Of a DNA stretch of 64,000 nt, positions 28,201-36,001 are shown in pieces. The stretch is from Thermoplasmata archaeon (GTDB lineage Archaea; Thermoplasmatota; Thermoplasmata; Lutacidiplasmatales; UBA184). Position numbers and translations under genes: made by a program. Below the pieces are notes generated by a model, which had not been told where the DNA came from, did not search any database, and saw only the letters and a program-made list of their open reading frames with translations. Location of the stretch: positions 4,054 to 68,053 of the forward strand of contig JBAWFC010000072.1 of assembly GCA_049591535.1 (NCBI GenBank), read 5' to 3'. Each line of letters starts with the position of its first letter. Position 1 is the stretch's first letter.

Positions 28201-29121
28201 GGCGGGACGGTCGACTTTTCGGCCGGGGGATGGAGCCCGATCGGCGTGCCGACCTCCGCCAACTTCACCTGGACCGTCGGCGGAGCGGTCGACTCGTATT
28301 CGGGCGAATTCAACCGGACGTTCTACGCCCCGGCCCTCGGGGCGGCCACCTTCTCGGTCTCGGGCCAGGTCTCGGCCGAGTTTGCCGCCCTCGGAGACAA
28401 CCTTTCGGCGCCGTTGCAGCTCGCCCCGTTCTTCGCGGTCGAGCCCGGCGGCTTCGTCCCGGCGTCCGACGCGCTCACGCTCGCCGACACGCCCGGCCCC
28501 GCGTCGGGGCTGCCACCGCTCGCCTGGAGCGCCACCGCGAGCGCGACCGGGCCCGGGAGCCCCACGTTCTCGTGGACGTTCGGGGACGGCGGGCTCTCCA
28601 CCGGGGGGAACGTCTCACACTCCTACACCACTCCCGGCAACTTCACGGCCGGGGTGCGCGCCACGGACGGGTGGGGGGATGTAGCGGTCGATTCGCACGG
28701 GGTCTCGGTGGTGAACGACTCCGGTCCCCCGCTCGGGCTCGACTGCTCCGCTTCGCGGGAATCGGGAACGGCTCCGCTCCTCGTCGACTTCACGGCCCAG
28801 GCCTCGGGGGGAACCGGCACGCCGTACCGGTACGACTGGCAGTTCGGGGACGGCGCCGACGGCTCCTCCGCCGACGTGAACCACACCTACGGGACGGCGG
28901 GCGTCTACCGAGCGATCGTCACCGCGCTCGACTCGGACGGCGCATCGATCGAACGGAACGTGTCGATCGTCGTCTCCGCCCCCTCGACGGCCGCGGCGCC
29001 GTTGCTCGACGGGGTCTCGATGGCCGGCCTCGTCCTGCTGGTGGGGCTCGTCGTGGGAGCCGTCGCGGGGGTCGTGCTCGGCCGGACGCCCGGGCCGGGG
29101 CGACGCACCCCTAGCCCTTGA
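25234..29121 (+). CDS. Secreted sedolisin/kumamolisin-type serine peptidase (S53) with pro-domain, at least 5 PKD-like domains and a C-terminal TM anchor
   Basis: ATG 25234 gives signal peptide MSRRVISALLTAGILLVSSLLFVGAAG. Pro-kumamolisin-like region ...YHHFLSDATLSKEFGATPASL...LLVTVEGTAADL. Catalytic-domain motifs VTIAVVDAYD, EEALDLEWSHASAPGA, AGTSLATPIWAG. FGDG-containing PKD repeats occur 5 times. C-terminal TM MAGLVLLVGLVVGAVAGVVLG. Confidence 0.85.
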   Translation: MSRRVISALLTAGILLVSSLLFVGAAGPTAPGSPGDLLSVGDSAAFATPAASVVVVAPGFSPGTGVRDLGPVPHSTLFDVAVGVAPQNPSGLTAYLAALYFPGSPAYHHFLSDATLSKEFGATPASLASVVDYFESYGLRATVSPDRLLVTVEGTAADLGPAFGTSFQEYGALSGVDFVSHSSPAELPADLAVTGVLGLGNATPILPSVAGTAPLEPIGGPDATCSGNAGGPYSPCQIQTAYDMTGTLDNGTDGAGVTIAVVDAYDGTQTQDQLESDLASFDSGFQLPTPSVQYLYPVASDHDLNTSDTGWGDEEALDLEWSHASAPGAAIDMTFSPNPGAGLYEAVDYLVAHQVVDVISLSWGEPDVGVYNSYSGPCSSACNASTDGSYAILGPVLEFAAAEGISVFAASGDCGGADGTNGLSTNFPASDPYVTGVGGTVLSAAADGTYAGETGWSGSASGSRSPGCQNQGGSGGGFAPFPQPWWQQGEGVPSGSAYRGVPDVSAVSMPGVEFYYAGGFSSVAGTSLATPIWAGIAALADQYSGTPLGLLNPSLYSVLRNATSYADAFHDVVSGNNTYGAGAGWDPVTGIGSPIVGGLLPELMASPRALSSLEVALHVSATSGRAPLNVSFTVSATNGSGSYPLEGVYFGDGTAGLAVDGAASHTYTTAGVFAAQAYAVDRSGNTSTSVPIALVVGGGSALAVNLTASSLDPSVGSEVDLTASATGGTGPDSFEYSFGDGTFLNWTGAASVEHAYAVRGSFCAEVVVRDSGSPPAGGSSRPVGIAVGTATSPTCGPPDLPLVVSANSSAQARDAPADFPALFGVSGGSGTTTEQYRSSDPYVAACNCAIFPSSGTGPEPVWLYVNDSAGQRAVAETNVTVEPPLAALLATSRPYGPAPWTVVFTASVSGGDAANAADTEWTFGDGGTATGASVRETYPDPGMYWALGQLSDGGEGNASEAFLVDVSGPGAPAPDYLRATVDPAVDVPSGGTVDFSAGGWSPIGVPTSANFTWTVGGAVDSYSGEFNRTFYAPALGAATFSVSGQVSAEFAALGDNLSAPLQLAPFFAVEPGGFVPASDALTLADTPGPASGLPPLAWSATASATGPGSPTFSWTFGDGGLSTGGNVSHSYTTPGNFTAGVRATDGWGDVAVDSHGVSVVNDSGPPLGLDCSASRESGTAPLLVDFTAQASGGTGTPYRYDWQFGDGADGSSADVNHTYGTAGVYRAIVTALDSDGASIERNVSIVVSAPSTAAAPLLDGVSMAGLVLLVGLVVGAVAGVVLGRTPGPGRRTPSP

Positions 29122-30565
29122 CGACCCCGAGCGGCACGAGGCGGGCGACCCGCCGCGTGAGGCCCGCGCCCTCGGCTACCCGCACGACCTCTTCGACGTT
29201 CTTGTACGCCCCGGGCGCTTCCTCGGTCACTCCCTCGCGGGACGCCGAACGGACGACGATCCCCTTGCCGGCGAGCGCGCGGGTGACCTCGTCGTACCGG
29301 AACGCCCGGACGGCCGCGTGGCGGGAGAGGCGGCGCCCGGCCCCGTGGCAGGAGGAACCGAACGACCGCTCCATCGAGGTCGGAAGGCCGGCCAGCACGT
29401 AGCTCGCGGTCCCCATGTCGCCCGGGATGAGGACGGGTTGGCCGAACGGGCGGTACGCCGCCGGAACCTCCTCCCGCCCGGCCGGGAAGGCGCGGGTCGC
29501 GCCCTTGCGGTGCACGAGGAGGCGCTTGCGCACCCCCTCGTCGACCGCGTGCTCCTCGACCTTCGCCATGTTGTGGGAGATGTCGTAGACGACCGAGAGG
29601 TCGAGGTCCTCCTCCCCCCGCTCGAAGACGGTCGCGAACGCCCGCCGGACACCGTGGGTGATCCCCTGGCGGTTCGCCCAGGCAAAGTTCGCCGCGGCGG
29701 CCATCGCGCCGAGGTACCGCTGGCCGGGCTCGGAAGAGACGGGGGCGCACGAGAGCTGCCGGTCGACGAGGGTCACTCCGTCGCGGGCGAGCCGCCGGTC
29801 CATCTCCTGGATGAAATCCGTAGCGACCTGATGGCCCAGCCCACGGGAGCCGGTGTGCAACATGACGAACACCCGTCCCGGAACGAGCCCGAGCACCTCG
29901 GCGAACGCCGGGTCGAACACCTCGTCGACCGCCTGGACCTCGAGAAAGTGGTTACCGGAGCCGAGCGTTCCGAGCTGCTTCAGCCCGCGCTTCCGCGCCC
30001 CCTCGGAGACCGAAGCGGGTTGCGCCCCCGCGAGGCGGCCCTCCTCCTCCTGGACCGGCAGGTCCGCGGTCCGACCGAGCCCGTGCTCGACGGCCCAGCG
30101 GGCGCCGCCGGCGAGCACCTCGTCGATCTCGGAGTGCGATAGCGGGTGTCCGCCGCGCGAGCCGACGCCCGACGGGACCTCGCGGTAGAGTCGCTCGACG
30201 AGCGACGCGAGCCGCGGGCGGACCTCCTCCACACTCAGCGAGGTCCGGATCAGCCGGACCCCGCAGTTGATGTCGTATCCGATCCCGCCGGGCGAGACCA
30301 CGCCCTCGTCGAGGTCGAACGCGGCGACGCCGCCGACCGGAAAACCGTAGCCGAAGTGGATGTCCGGCATGGCGAGGGCGAACCGCGCGATCCCGGGGAG
30401 GGTGGCGACGTTCGCGAGCTGGCCGAGGGACGGGTCCCCCGTCACTCCGTTGAGGAGCGCCTCGTTCGAGAAGAGGAGTCCGGGCACGCGCATCCCCGCC
30501 GCCTCGTCCCGCGGGATCTCGTAGGTGAACTCGTCGCGCCGGACGAGGGTCGGAGGGTTCGGCAC
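29111..30565 (-). CDS. rtcB: RNA-splicing ligase RtcB
   Basis: GTG start. GGIGYDINCGVR, GSGNHFLEVQ, SSCHGAGRRLSR. 484 aa, no intein-sized insertion. Confidence 0.95.
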   Translation of the reverse strand: MPNPPTLVRRDEFTYEIPRDEAAGMRVPGLLFSNEALLNGVTGDPSLGQLANVATLPGIARFALAMPDIHFGYGFPVGGVAAFDLDEGVVSPGGIGYDINCGVRLIRTSLSVEEVRPRLASLVERLYREVPSGVGSRGGHPLSHSEIDEVLAGGARWAVEHGLGRTADLPVQEEEGRLAGAQPASVSEGARKRGLKQLGTLGSGNHFLEVQAVDEVFDPAFAEVLGLVPGRVFVMLHTGSRGLGHQVATDFIQEMDRRLARDGVTLVDRQLSCAPVSSEPGQRYLGAMAAAANFAWANRQGITHGVRRAFATVFERGEEDLDLSVVYDISHNMAKVEEHAVDEGVRKRLLVHRKGATRAFPAGREEVPAAYRPFGQPVLIPGDMGTASYVLAGLPTSMERSFGSSCHGAGRRLSRHAAVRAFRYDEVTRALAGKGIVVRSASREGVTEEAPGAYKNVEEVVRVAEGAGLTRRVARLVPLGVVKG

Positions 30566-30586
30566 GGCGGGCGCCGAGCCGCGGGC

Positions 30587-30594
30587 GCTATTAG
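30587..30594. promoter_or_regulatory. Candidate bidirectional TATA-like box (GCTATTAG / CTAATAGC) 22-29 nt upstream of the rtcB GTG start
   Basis: It is the only AT-containing octamer in the 98-bp divergent spacer. Its position fits a leaderless rtcB mRNA. Confidence 0.35.
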
Positions 30595-30663
30595 AGCCGG
30601 TCGGAGGCGCGGGGGGTCGGGCACGTCCCCGAGGCCAAAGGAGATGAACGGCGGGGCGCCTAC

Positions 30664-31032
30664 ATGTCGCGCAGGCGACCCGCGTCGATGATGTTCCGCA
30701 CCCTCCTCACGCTGGTCAACTTCGCCACGATCGCCGCGGCCGTGGCGGTGCTCCTGATCTATCCCCAGTACGCCGCGATCGCGTTCTACGTCCTCCTCGG
30801 GTGGATGTTCGCGAGCCTCGCACTGATGTACCATCCGCGCGCGAGCCGCCCGGTGACGGCCTCCGCGTCCGCGCCCTCCGGGCTCACCGTCTCGGCCGAC
30901 TCGCCGCTCTCGTCGAGCTCCGGTCACGAGCACTCGAGCTCGATCGGCTTCTGCATGTACTGTGCGGCGCCGATCCCGCCCGGAACGGTCCGATGCCCGG
31001 CGTGCGGGCGCAGCCTGCCGCACTTTTCGTAG
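30664..31032 (+). CDS. Hypothetical membrane protein with C-terminal zinc-ribbon
   Basis: Two hydrophobic spans, then CMYCAAPIPPGTVRCPACG (CxxC-x9-CxxC). Confidence 0.5.
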   Translation: MSRRRPASMMFRTLLTLVNFATIAAAVAVLLIYPQYAAIAFYVLLGWMFASLALMYHPRASRPVTASASAPSGLTVSADSPLSSSSGHEHSSSIGFCMYCAAPIPPGTVRCPACGRSLPHFS

Positions 31033-31044
31033 AGGAGCGGAACG

Positions 31045-31479
31045 TTGGGCTGGGAGGCGTTCGGAAGGGTCCCGCTGCCCGCCGTGGCGGCCGCGCTCGC
31101 ACTGATCTCGTTCGGGATCGTCGCACTGGGCATCTATCTCCACCTCGGGATGTACTGGCCGGTCCTCCTCGTTCTTCCGCTCGCGATCGCGGCGGTCTAC
31201 ATCTCGCAGTACTCCCGCCGTCCGTTCGAACCCAGCCCTCCGAGAACGACGGGGGAACCCGCAACGGACGAGCCGTTCGACGACCCGGTCGAGGAAGCCG
31301 ATCGGATCGAGGCGGCCGCCCCCGAGGGTACCACCCCGCCCACGGACGAGGCATTCGACGATCCGGTGGAGGAGGCGGACCGCTTGGGCGGGAACGAGGG
31401 CGACCCGGAGCCCCCGCCGAACCCGGACGGCGCGGACTCCAGCGAGCCGCCGGCGGCGGGGAGCCGGACCGGCGAGTGA
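31045..31479 (+). CDS. Hypothetical membrane protein with acidic tail carrying a duplicated DE-x-FDDPVEEADR motif
   Basis: TTG start; 2 TM helices; TDEPFDDPVEEADRIE and TDEAFDDPVEEADRLG. Confidence 0.5.
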   Translation: MGWEAFGRVPLPAVAAALALISFGIVALGIYLHLGMYWPVLLVLPLAIAAVYISQYSRRPFEPSPPRTTGEPATDEPFDDPVEEADRIEAAAPEGTTPPTDEAFDDPVEEADRLGGNEGDPEPPPNPDGADSSEPPAAGSRTGE

Positions 31480-31487
31480 GCGTCGGC

Positions 31488-32042
31488 TCACTCCGACGCG
31501 ACGAACAGCATCGGGTCCCGCGCCCGGGCGTTCGACCCGGTCTGGACCTTCAAACCCCGGACGACCCCGTCGACCGGGGTCGTGACCTCGTTGCGCATCT
31601 TCATCGCCTCGAGGACGAGGAGCACGTCGCCCTTCCGGACCCGGTCTCCCTCCCGAACGCGGACCTCGATCACCTTTCCCGGCATCGGGGGAACGATCGG
31701 GGTCCCCGATTCCGACACCGGCGGGGGGGCCGCGACGCCGGAGCTCGCCGGGGGCGACGCGAGGGGTCGGGGAACGGCCGGGAGTCCGGGCGTCGTGGCG
31801 CCCCGTGTCACCCCCACCTTCCAGCGCTCGCCGTTGACGTCCACCGGCCCGGGAGGCTCGGGGAAGTGCTCGGGCCAGTTCTCGACGAGCACCTTCTCGC
31901 CGGCGATCTCGAGCTCGACGAGCAGCGCGGTCGTCCGGACGACCGTCACCGGGTACTGCTCGGTACCGACCGTGACGAAGTCTCCTCCCGGGGCGACGTC
32001 GACGGTCGTCGTCCTACCGTTGAGCACGATCGTGACGCGCAT
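31488..32042 (-). CDS. Biotin carboxyl carrier protein (1.3S-like biotinyl subunit)
   Basis: C-terminal biotinyl domain GDVLLVLEAMKMRNEVTTPVDGVV. The likely start MRVTIVLNG (ATG 32042) overlaps the upstream gene end; the ORF track start is 32063. Confidence 0.85.
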   Translation of the reverse strand: MRVTIVLNGRTTTVDVAPGGDFVTVGTEQYPVTVVRTTALLVELEIAGEKVLVENWPEHFPEPPGPVDVNGERWKVGVTRGATTPGLPAVPRPLASPPASSGVAAPPPVSESGTPIVPPMPGKVIEVRVREGDRVRKGDVLLVLEAMKMRNEVTTPVDGVVRGLKVQTGSNARARDPMLFVASE

Positions 32043-33543
32043 CGACCCACCTCCGTTGCGCATGCAGGCGGGAGCGGCCCTCGTGGGCCCAGGGGCTGAT
32101 GCCGCCGCCGGTCCCGACGGCCACCGGCGGCGCCATCGGAGGAGGCGCCGGCGCGCGGAGCGCGCCGATCACCCCGATCGCCGCGGTCGTGAGCACGTCG
32201 GACGTGAGCCCCCGGTGGATCGTCGCCCGATAGGACCGGTAGACCGCCGGGAAGAGCGCATAGGAGAGCGCCTCCGCGTCGTCCGCGGCGGGTACGAGCG
32301 CGCGGACCTCGTGGAGCATCTTCTCGAACTCGGGCGGGAGGAGGTCGGCCGGGCGGCCGGTGATCGCCGGGGCGCCGGCGGTCACCTTCGCGAGGAGGTC
32401 CGGGTCGATCGGCGCCGGTGGCGTACCGTAGAGGCCGCGGACGTAGTCGCGGACCTCCTGGGTGATCTGCCGGTACCGGCCGCCGGTGAGCACGTTGAAC
32501 ACCGCCTGGATCCCGACGATCTGGCTCGTGGGGGTCACGAGCGGCGGGTACCCCAGGTCGGCACGGACCCGGGGCACTTCCGCGAGGACCTCGGTCAGCC
32601 GGTCGAGCGCATCCTGCTCCTGGAGCTGGGAGAGCAGGTTCGACAGCATGCCGCCCGGAACCTGGTGGATCAGGATCAGCGGGTCGGTCTGCAGGGAACG
32701 CAGGTTGAGGAGGGGCCGATAGTGGTCGAGGACCCCGCGGAAGTAGGCGGCGAGGTCGGCGAGGGCGTTCAGGTCGAGCTTGGGGTCGAGCGCGGTGCCG
32801 CGCATCGCTCCGACGAGCGTCTCGGTCGGCGGCTGGGAGGCGCCCCCCGAGAACGGGCTGATCGCGCTGTCGACGGCCGTCGCACCGGCCTCCGCGACCG
32901 CGAGGCACGTCAGCGTGGACATCCCGCTCGAGGAGTGGGTGTGCACGACGACGGGCAGACCCACCTGCTTCACGAGCGCGCGAACGAGGGCGGCCCCTTC
33001 CGTCGGCGGAAGGAACCCGGCCATGTCCTTCACGCAGAGTTCGTCCGCCCCCATCGCCGCGAGGCGCCGCCCGAGCTCGACGAACGTTTCGAGGGTGTGG
33101 ACCGGCGACTGCGTGTAGCAGATCGTGGCCTGGGCCCGCGCGCCCGACTTCTTGACCGCGTCGAGCGCGACGCGCATGTTCTCGGGGTCGTTGAGCGCGT
33201 CGAACACGCGGAAGATGTCGATCCCCTGGCGGGCTGCCTCCGGGACGAACTTGCGTACGACGTCGTCCGGGTAGTGACGGTACCCGACCAGGTTCTGGCC
33301 CCGGAGCAGCATCTGGAGCGGCGTGCGCGGCATCGCGCGCTTTAGCGACCGGAGCCGTTCCCACGGGTCCTCGCGCAGGAACCGCAGGCAGACGTCGAAC
33401 GTGGCTCCCCCCCACACCTCGAGGGAGCGGTAGCCGATCGCGTCGAGGCGCTCGGCCGCCGGAAGCATGTCGCGGGTGCGCATCCGGGTCGCGAGGAGCG
33501 ACTGGTGTCCGTCGCGCAGTACGGTCTCGGTGATGCCGACCAT
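32014..33543 (-). CDS. Biotin-dependent carboxyltransferase, 5S / oxaloacetate decarboxylase alpha / PycB-type subunit (no fused biotinyl domain)
   Basis: MVGITETVLRDGHQSLLATRMRTRDMLPAAERLDAIGYRSLEVWGGATFD; HTHSSSGMS. Confidence 0.9.
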   Translation of the reverse strand: MVGITETVLRDGHQSLLATRMRTRDMLPAAERLDAIGYRSLEVWGGATFDVCLRFLREDPWERLRSLKRAMPRTPLQMLLRGQNLVGYRHYPDDVVRKFVPEAARQGIDIFRVFDALNDPENMRVALDAVKKSGARAQATICYTQSPVHTLETFVELGRRLAAMGADELCVKDMAGFLPPTEGAALVRALVKQVGLPVVVHTHSSSGMSTLTCLAVAEAGATAVDSAISPFSGGASQPPTETLVGAMRGTALDPKLDLNALADLAAYFRGVLDHYRPLLNLRSLQTDPLILIHQVPGGMLSNLLSQLQEQDALDRLTEVLAEVPRVRADLGYPPLVTPTSQIVGIQAVFNVLTGGRYRQITQEVRDYVRGLYGTPPAPIDPDLLAKVTAGAPAITGRPADLLPPEFEKMLHEVRALVPAADDAEALSYALFPAVYRSYRATIHRGLTSDVLTTAAIGVIGALRAPAPPPMAPPVAVGTGGGISPWAHEGRSRLHAQRRWVDARHDRAQR

Positions 33544-33558
33544 GCTCGACGCCGCCGT

Positions 33559-35109
33559 TCAGAGGGGAATGTTCCCGTGCTTCCTCGCGGGCCGCTCGTC
33601 GCGCTTCGAGGAGAGCATCCGGAGCCCGGCCACGAGGTGCGCCCGCGTTCCGGCGGGGTCGATGACGTCGTCGATATACCCTCGTTCCGCGGCCAGGTAC
33701 GGGTTGAGGAACTCCTTCCGGTACTCGGCCGTGAGGCGGGCGCGCACCGTCTCGCGGTCGGCCGCGGGAGCGGTTTCTAGGTCCCGACGGAACAGGATGT
33801 TGACCGCCCCATCCGCTCCCATCACCGCGATCTCGGCCGTCGGCCAAGCGAGGTTCAGGTCCCCGCCGAGGTGCTTCGAGCACATGACGTCGTACGCGCC
33901 GCCGTACGCCTTCCGGAGGATGACCGTCAGGAGGGGAACCGTCGCCTCGGCGTAGGCGTACAGGAGCTTCGCCCCGTGGCGGATGATCCCGCCGTGCTCC
34001 TGGGCGGCGCCCGGGAGGAAGCCGGGGACGTCGACGAACGTCAGGAGCGGGAGGTTGAACGCGTCGCAGAACCGCACGAACCGCGCCCCCTTCGTCGACG
34101 CGTTGATGTCGAGGGTCCCGGCGAGGACCGCCGGGTTGTTCGCCACCACGCCGACGGGGTGGCCCGCGAGGCGCGCCAGTCCGACCACGAGGTTCCCGGC
34201 CCACCCGGACTGCACCTCGAGGAACGACCCTGTATCCAGGACCCGGGCGATGACCTCGTGGACGTCGTAGGGCGCGTTCGCGTCCTCGGGAACGACGCGC
34301 AACAGCTCGGCCGCGGCCGAGTCCGGTGGAGCGGAGACGGCGGCGGCCGGGGCCTCCTCGAGGTTGTTCAGCGGCAGGTACGACAGGAGACTCCGGGCGA
34401 GCTGAAGGGCGTCGGCATCCGAGGCGGCGGTGAAGTGGGAGACGCCGCTCAGGGTCGCGTGGGCCTCGGCTCCCCCGAGCGCGTCCATGGTGACCTCCTC
34501 TCCGGTGACGGCCCGCACCACGTCCGGCCCGGTGATGAACATCTGGCCGGTGCCCTGGACCATGATCACGAAGTCGGTGATCGCCGGTGAGTAGACCGCA
34601 CCGCCGGCGCACGGCCCGAGGATGAGGGAGATCTGCGGGACGACGCCCGAGAGCGTGACGTTCCGGAAGAACACCTCCCCGTACCCGCCGAGGCTCATCA
34701 CGCCCTCCTGGATCCGCGCCCCGCCCGAGTCGTCGAGTCCCACGATCGGGACACCGGCCTTCCGGGCGGTCTCCATCACCTTGACGATCTTCATCGCGTG
34801 GGCCTCCCCGAGGGCACCGCCGAAGACCGTCGCGTCCTGGGCGAAGGCGCAGACCGGGCGTCCGTCGACCTCGCCCCAGCCGGTGACGACCCCGTCGCCG
34901 GGGGGTCGTCGGTCGGCGAGGCCGAACTTCTCGACGCGGTGCGTGACGAACGGGTCGACCTCGGTGAAGGTCCCCGCATCGAAGAACGACTCGAGTCGCT
35001 CCCGCGCCGTCAGCTTCCCCGCGGCCCGGTGCTTCGCGACCCGGTCCGCGCCTCCGCCCTCCCGCGCCGTGCGCTTCAGCACCGTCCATCGGTCGAAGGC
35101 GTCGCTCAT
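33559..35109 (-). CDS. Acyl-CoA carboxyltransferase, 12S / propionyl-CoA carboxylase beta / methylmalonyl-CoA decarboxylase alpha family
   Basis: ATG 35109 (MSDAFDRWTVLKRTAREGGG...KLTARERLESFFDAGTFTEVD) lies inside ORF 33559..35898. Also DSGGARIQEG and GGAYDVM. Confidence 0.92.
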   Translation of the reverse strand: MSDAFDRWTVLKRTAREGGGADRVAKHRAAGKLTARERLESFFDAGTFTEVDPFVTHRVEKFGLADRRPPGDGVVTGWGEVDGRPVCAFAQDATVFGGALGEAHAMKIVKVMETARKAGVPIVGLDDSGGARIQEGVMSLGGYGEVFFRNVTLSGVVPQISLILGPCAGGAVYSPAITDFVIMVQGTGQMFITGPDVVRAVTGEEVTMDALGGAEAHATLSGVSHFTAASDADALQLARSLLSYLPLNNLEEAPAAAVSAPPDSAAAELLRVVPEDANAPYDVHEVIARVLDTGSFLEVQSGWAGNLVVGLARLAGHPVGVVANNPAVLAGTLDINASTKGARFVRFCDAFNLPLLTFVDVPGFLPGAAQEHGGIIRHGAKLLYAYAEATVPLLTVILRKAYGGAYDVMCSKHLGGDLNLAWPTAEIAVMGADGAVNILFRRDLETAPAADRETVRARLTAEYRKEFLNPYLAAERGYIDDVIDPAGTRAHLVAGLRMLSSKRDERPARKHGNIPL

Positions 35110-35846
35110 CCGTTCTCCTCCACGCGAACGTCGCCGGCTCTTATGGCCACCCGCTCGCCGTCGCGCTCGAGGAGGAGCTCGCCGTCGTCCCCGAGATCGA
35201 GGATCGTGCCGGCGGGGCGCCCGTCCACGAGGACCGAACGACCCCGGCCGTAGAGCATCCGCCGGCACAACGCCCGCGTCGCCTCGACCCCGCCGGGACC
35301 TCGAAGGCCGATCGCCGCCCGCATCGCGCCGTGGACCATGATCGTCTCGACCGCGTCGAGGGTTGGGGCCCGCGACGTCCCTTGCGCCAGAGAGGTCGCG
35401 AAGTCCCGGAGCTCCGGGGGGAACGCGTCCCTTTCCGTCGTGACGTTCACGCCGATCCCGGCGACCGCGAGCGGGCCCCGCTCGGGCGACTCGACGCGGT
35501 CGACCAGGATCCCTCCGACCTTCCGCGGTCTCCCCGAGGAGGGGGCCATAAGGATGTCGTTCGGCCACTGGACGACGAACCGCCGGGGGTCGACCTCCCC
35601 GAGGCCCTGGGCCAGCCGCGCGCCGAGGGCGAGCGGAAGCAGGGTCACGTGCTCCGGTGGCGGTCGGAGTACGATGGAGAGGTAGACTCCCCCGGGCGGA
35701 GAAGCCCAACGGTGGTCCAGACGTCCGCGGCCGTGGGTCTGACTGCGCGCGACCACCCGCGTTCCCTCGAGGGCTCCGCCGCGCACCAGCTCGATCGCGC
35801 GGTCCTGGGTGCTGGGGATCTCTTGGTGAAACTCGCGAGGACCCAC
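35106..35846 (-). CDS. birA: Biotin--protein ligase BirA (catalytic domain, no obvious N-terminal HTH)
   Basis: IPSTQDRAIELV...VVARSQTHGRGRLDHRWASPPGGVYLSIVLRP (GRGRxxRxW). Confidence 0.88.
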   Translation of the reverse strand: MGPREFHQEIPSTQDRAIELVRGGALEGTRVVARSQTHGRGRLDHRWASPPGGVYLSIVLRPPPEHVTLLPLALGARLAQGLGEVDPRRFVVQWPNDILMAPSSGRPRKVGGILVDRVESPERGPLAVAGIGVNVTTERDAFPPELRDFATSLAQGTSRAPTLDAVETIMVHGAMRAAIGLRGPGGVEATRALCRRMLYGRGRSVLVDGRPAGTILDLGDDGELLLERDGERVAIRAGDVRVEENG

Positions 35847-35963
35847 GAGCGGCGCCCCGACCTTCGAGGGAGGGACGAATCCGCTTAACGATTCTCAACC
35901 ACCTCCCCGACGGAGCGTCCCGTAGGCGAACGGGGACGCCCGGCCCGCGCCCGGCGCCGAGCG

Positions 35964-35971
35964 GCTATTAG
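35964..35971 (+). promoter_or_regulatory. Candidate TATA-like box (GCTATTAG) 31-38 nt upstream of the adh ATG
   Basis: Same octamer as upstream of rtcB. Confidence 0.35.
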
Positions 35972-36001
35972 GGTCGCTTCGACTGGGTCCCTCGAAGTTC
36001 C

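Noticed and set aside
25219-29114. Long alternate-frame and antisense ORFs within the S53 peptidase gene (25219..26943 minus, 26634..29114 plus)
   Set aside because: Their composition is R/G/P/D-rich with no motifs. The peptidase frame carries catalytic and PKD motifs throughout.
31946-35089. 1047-aa minus-strand ORF spanning three carboxylase genes
   Set aside because: It is an alternate frame of the BCCP, 5S and 12S genes. Its composition is extreme R/P/G. The three real genes each have clear family motifs in other frames.
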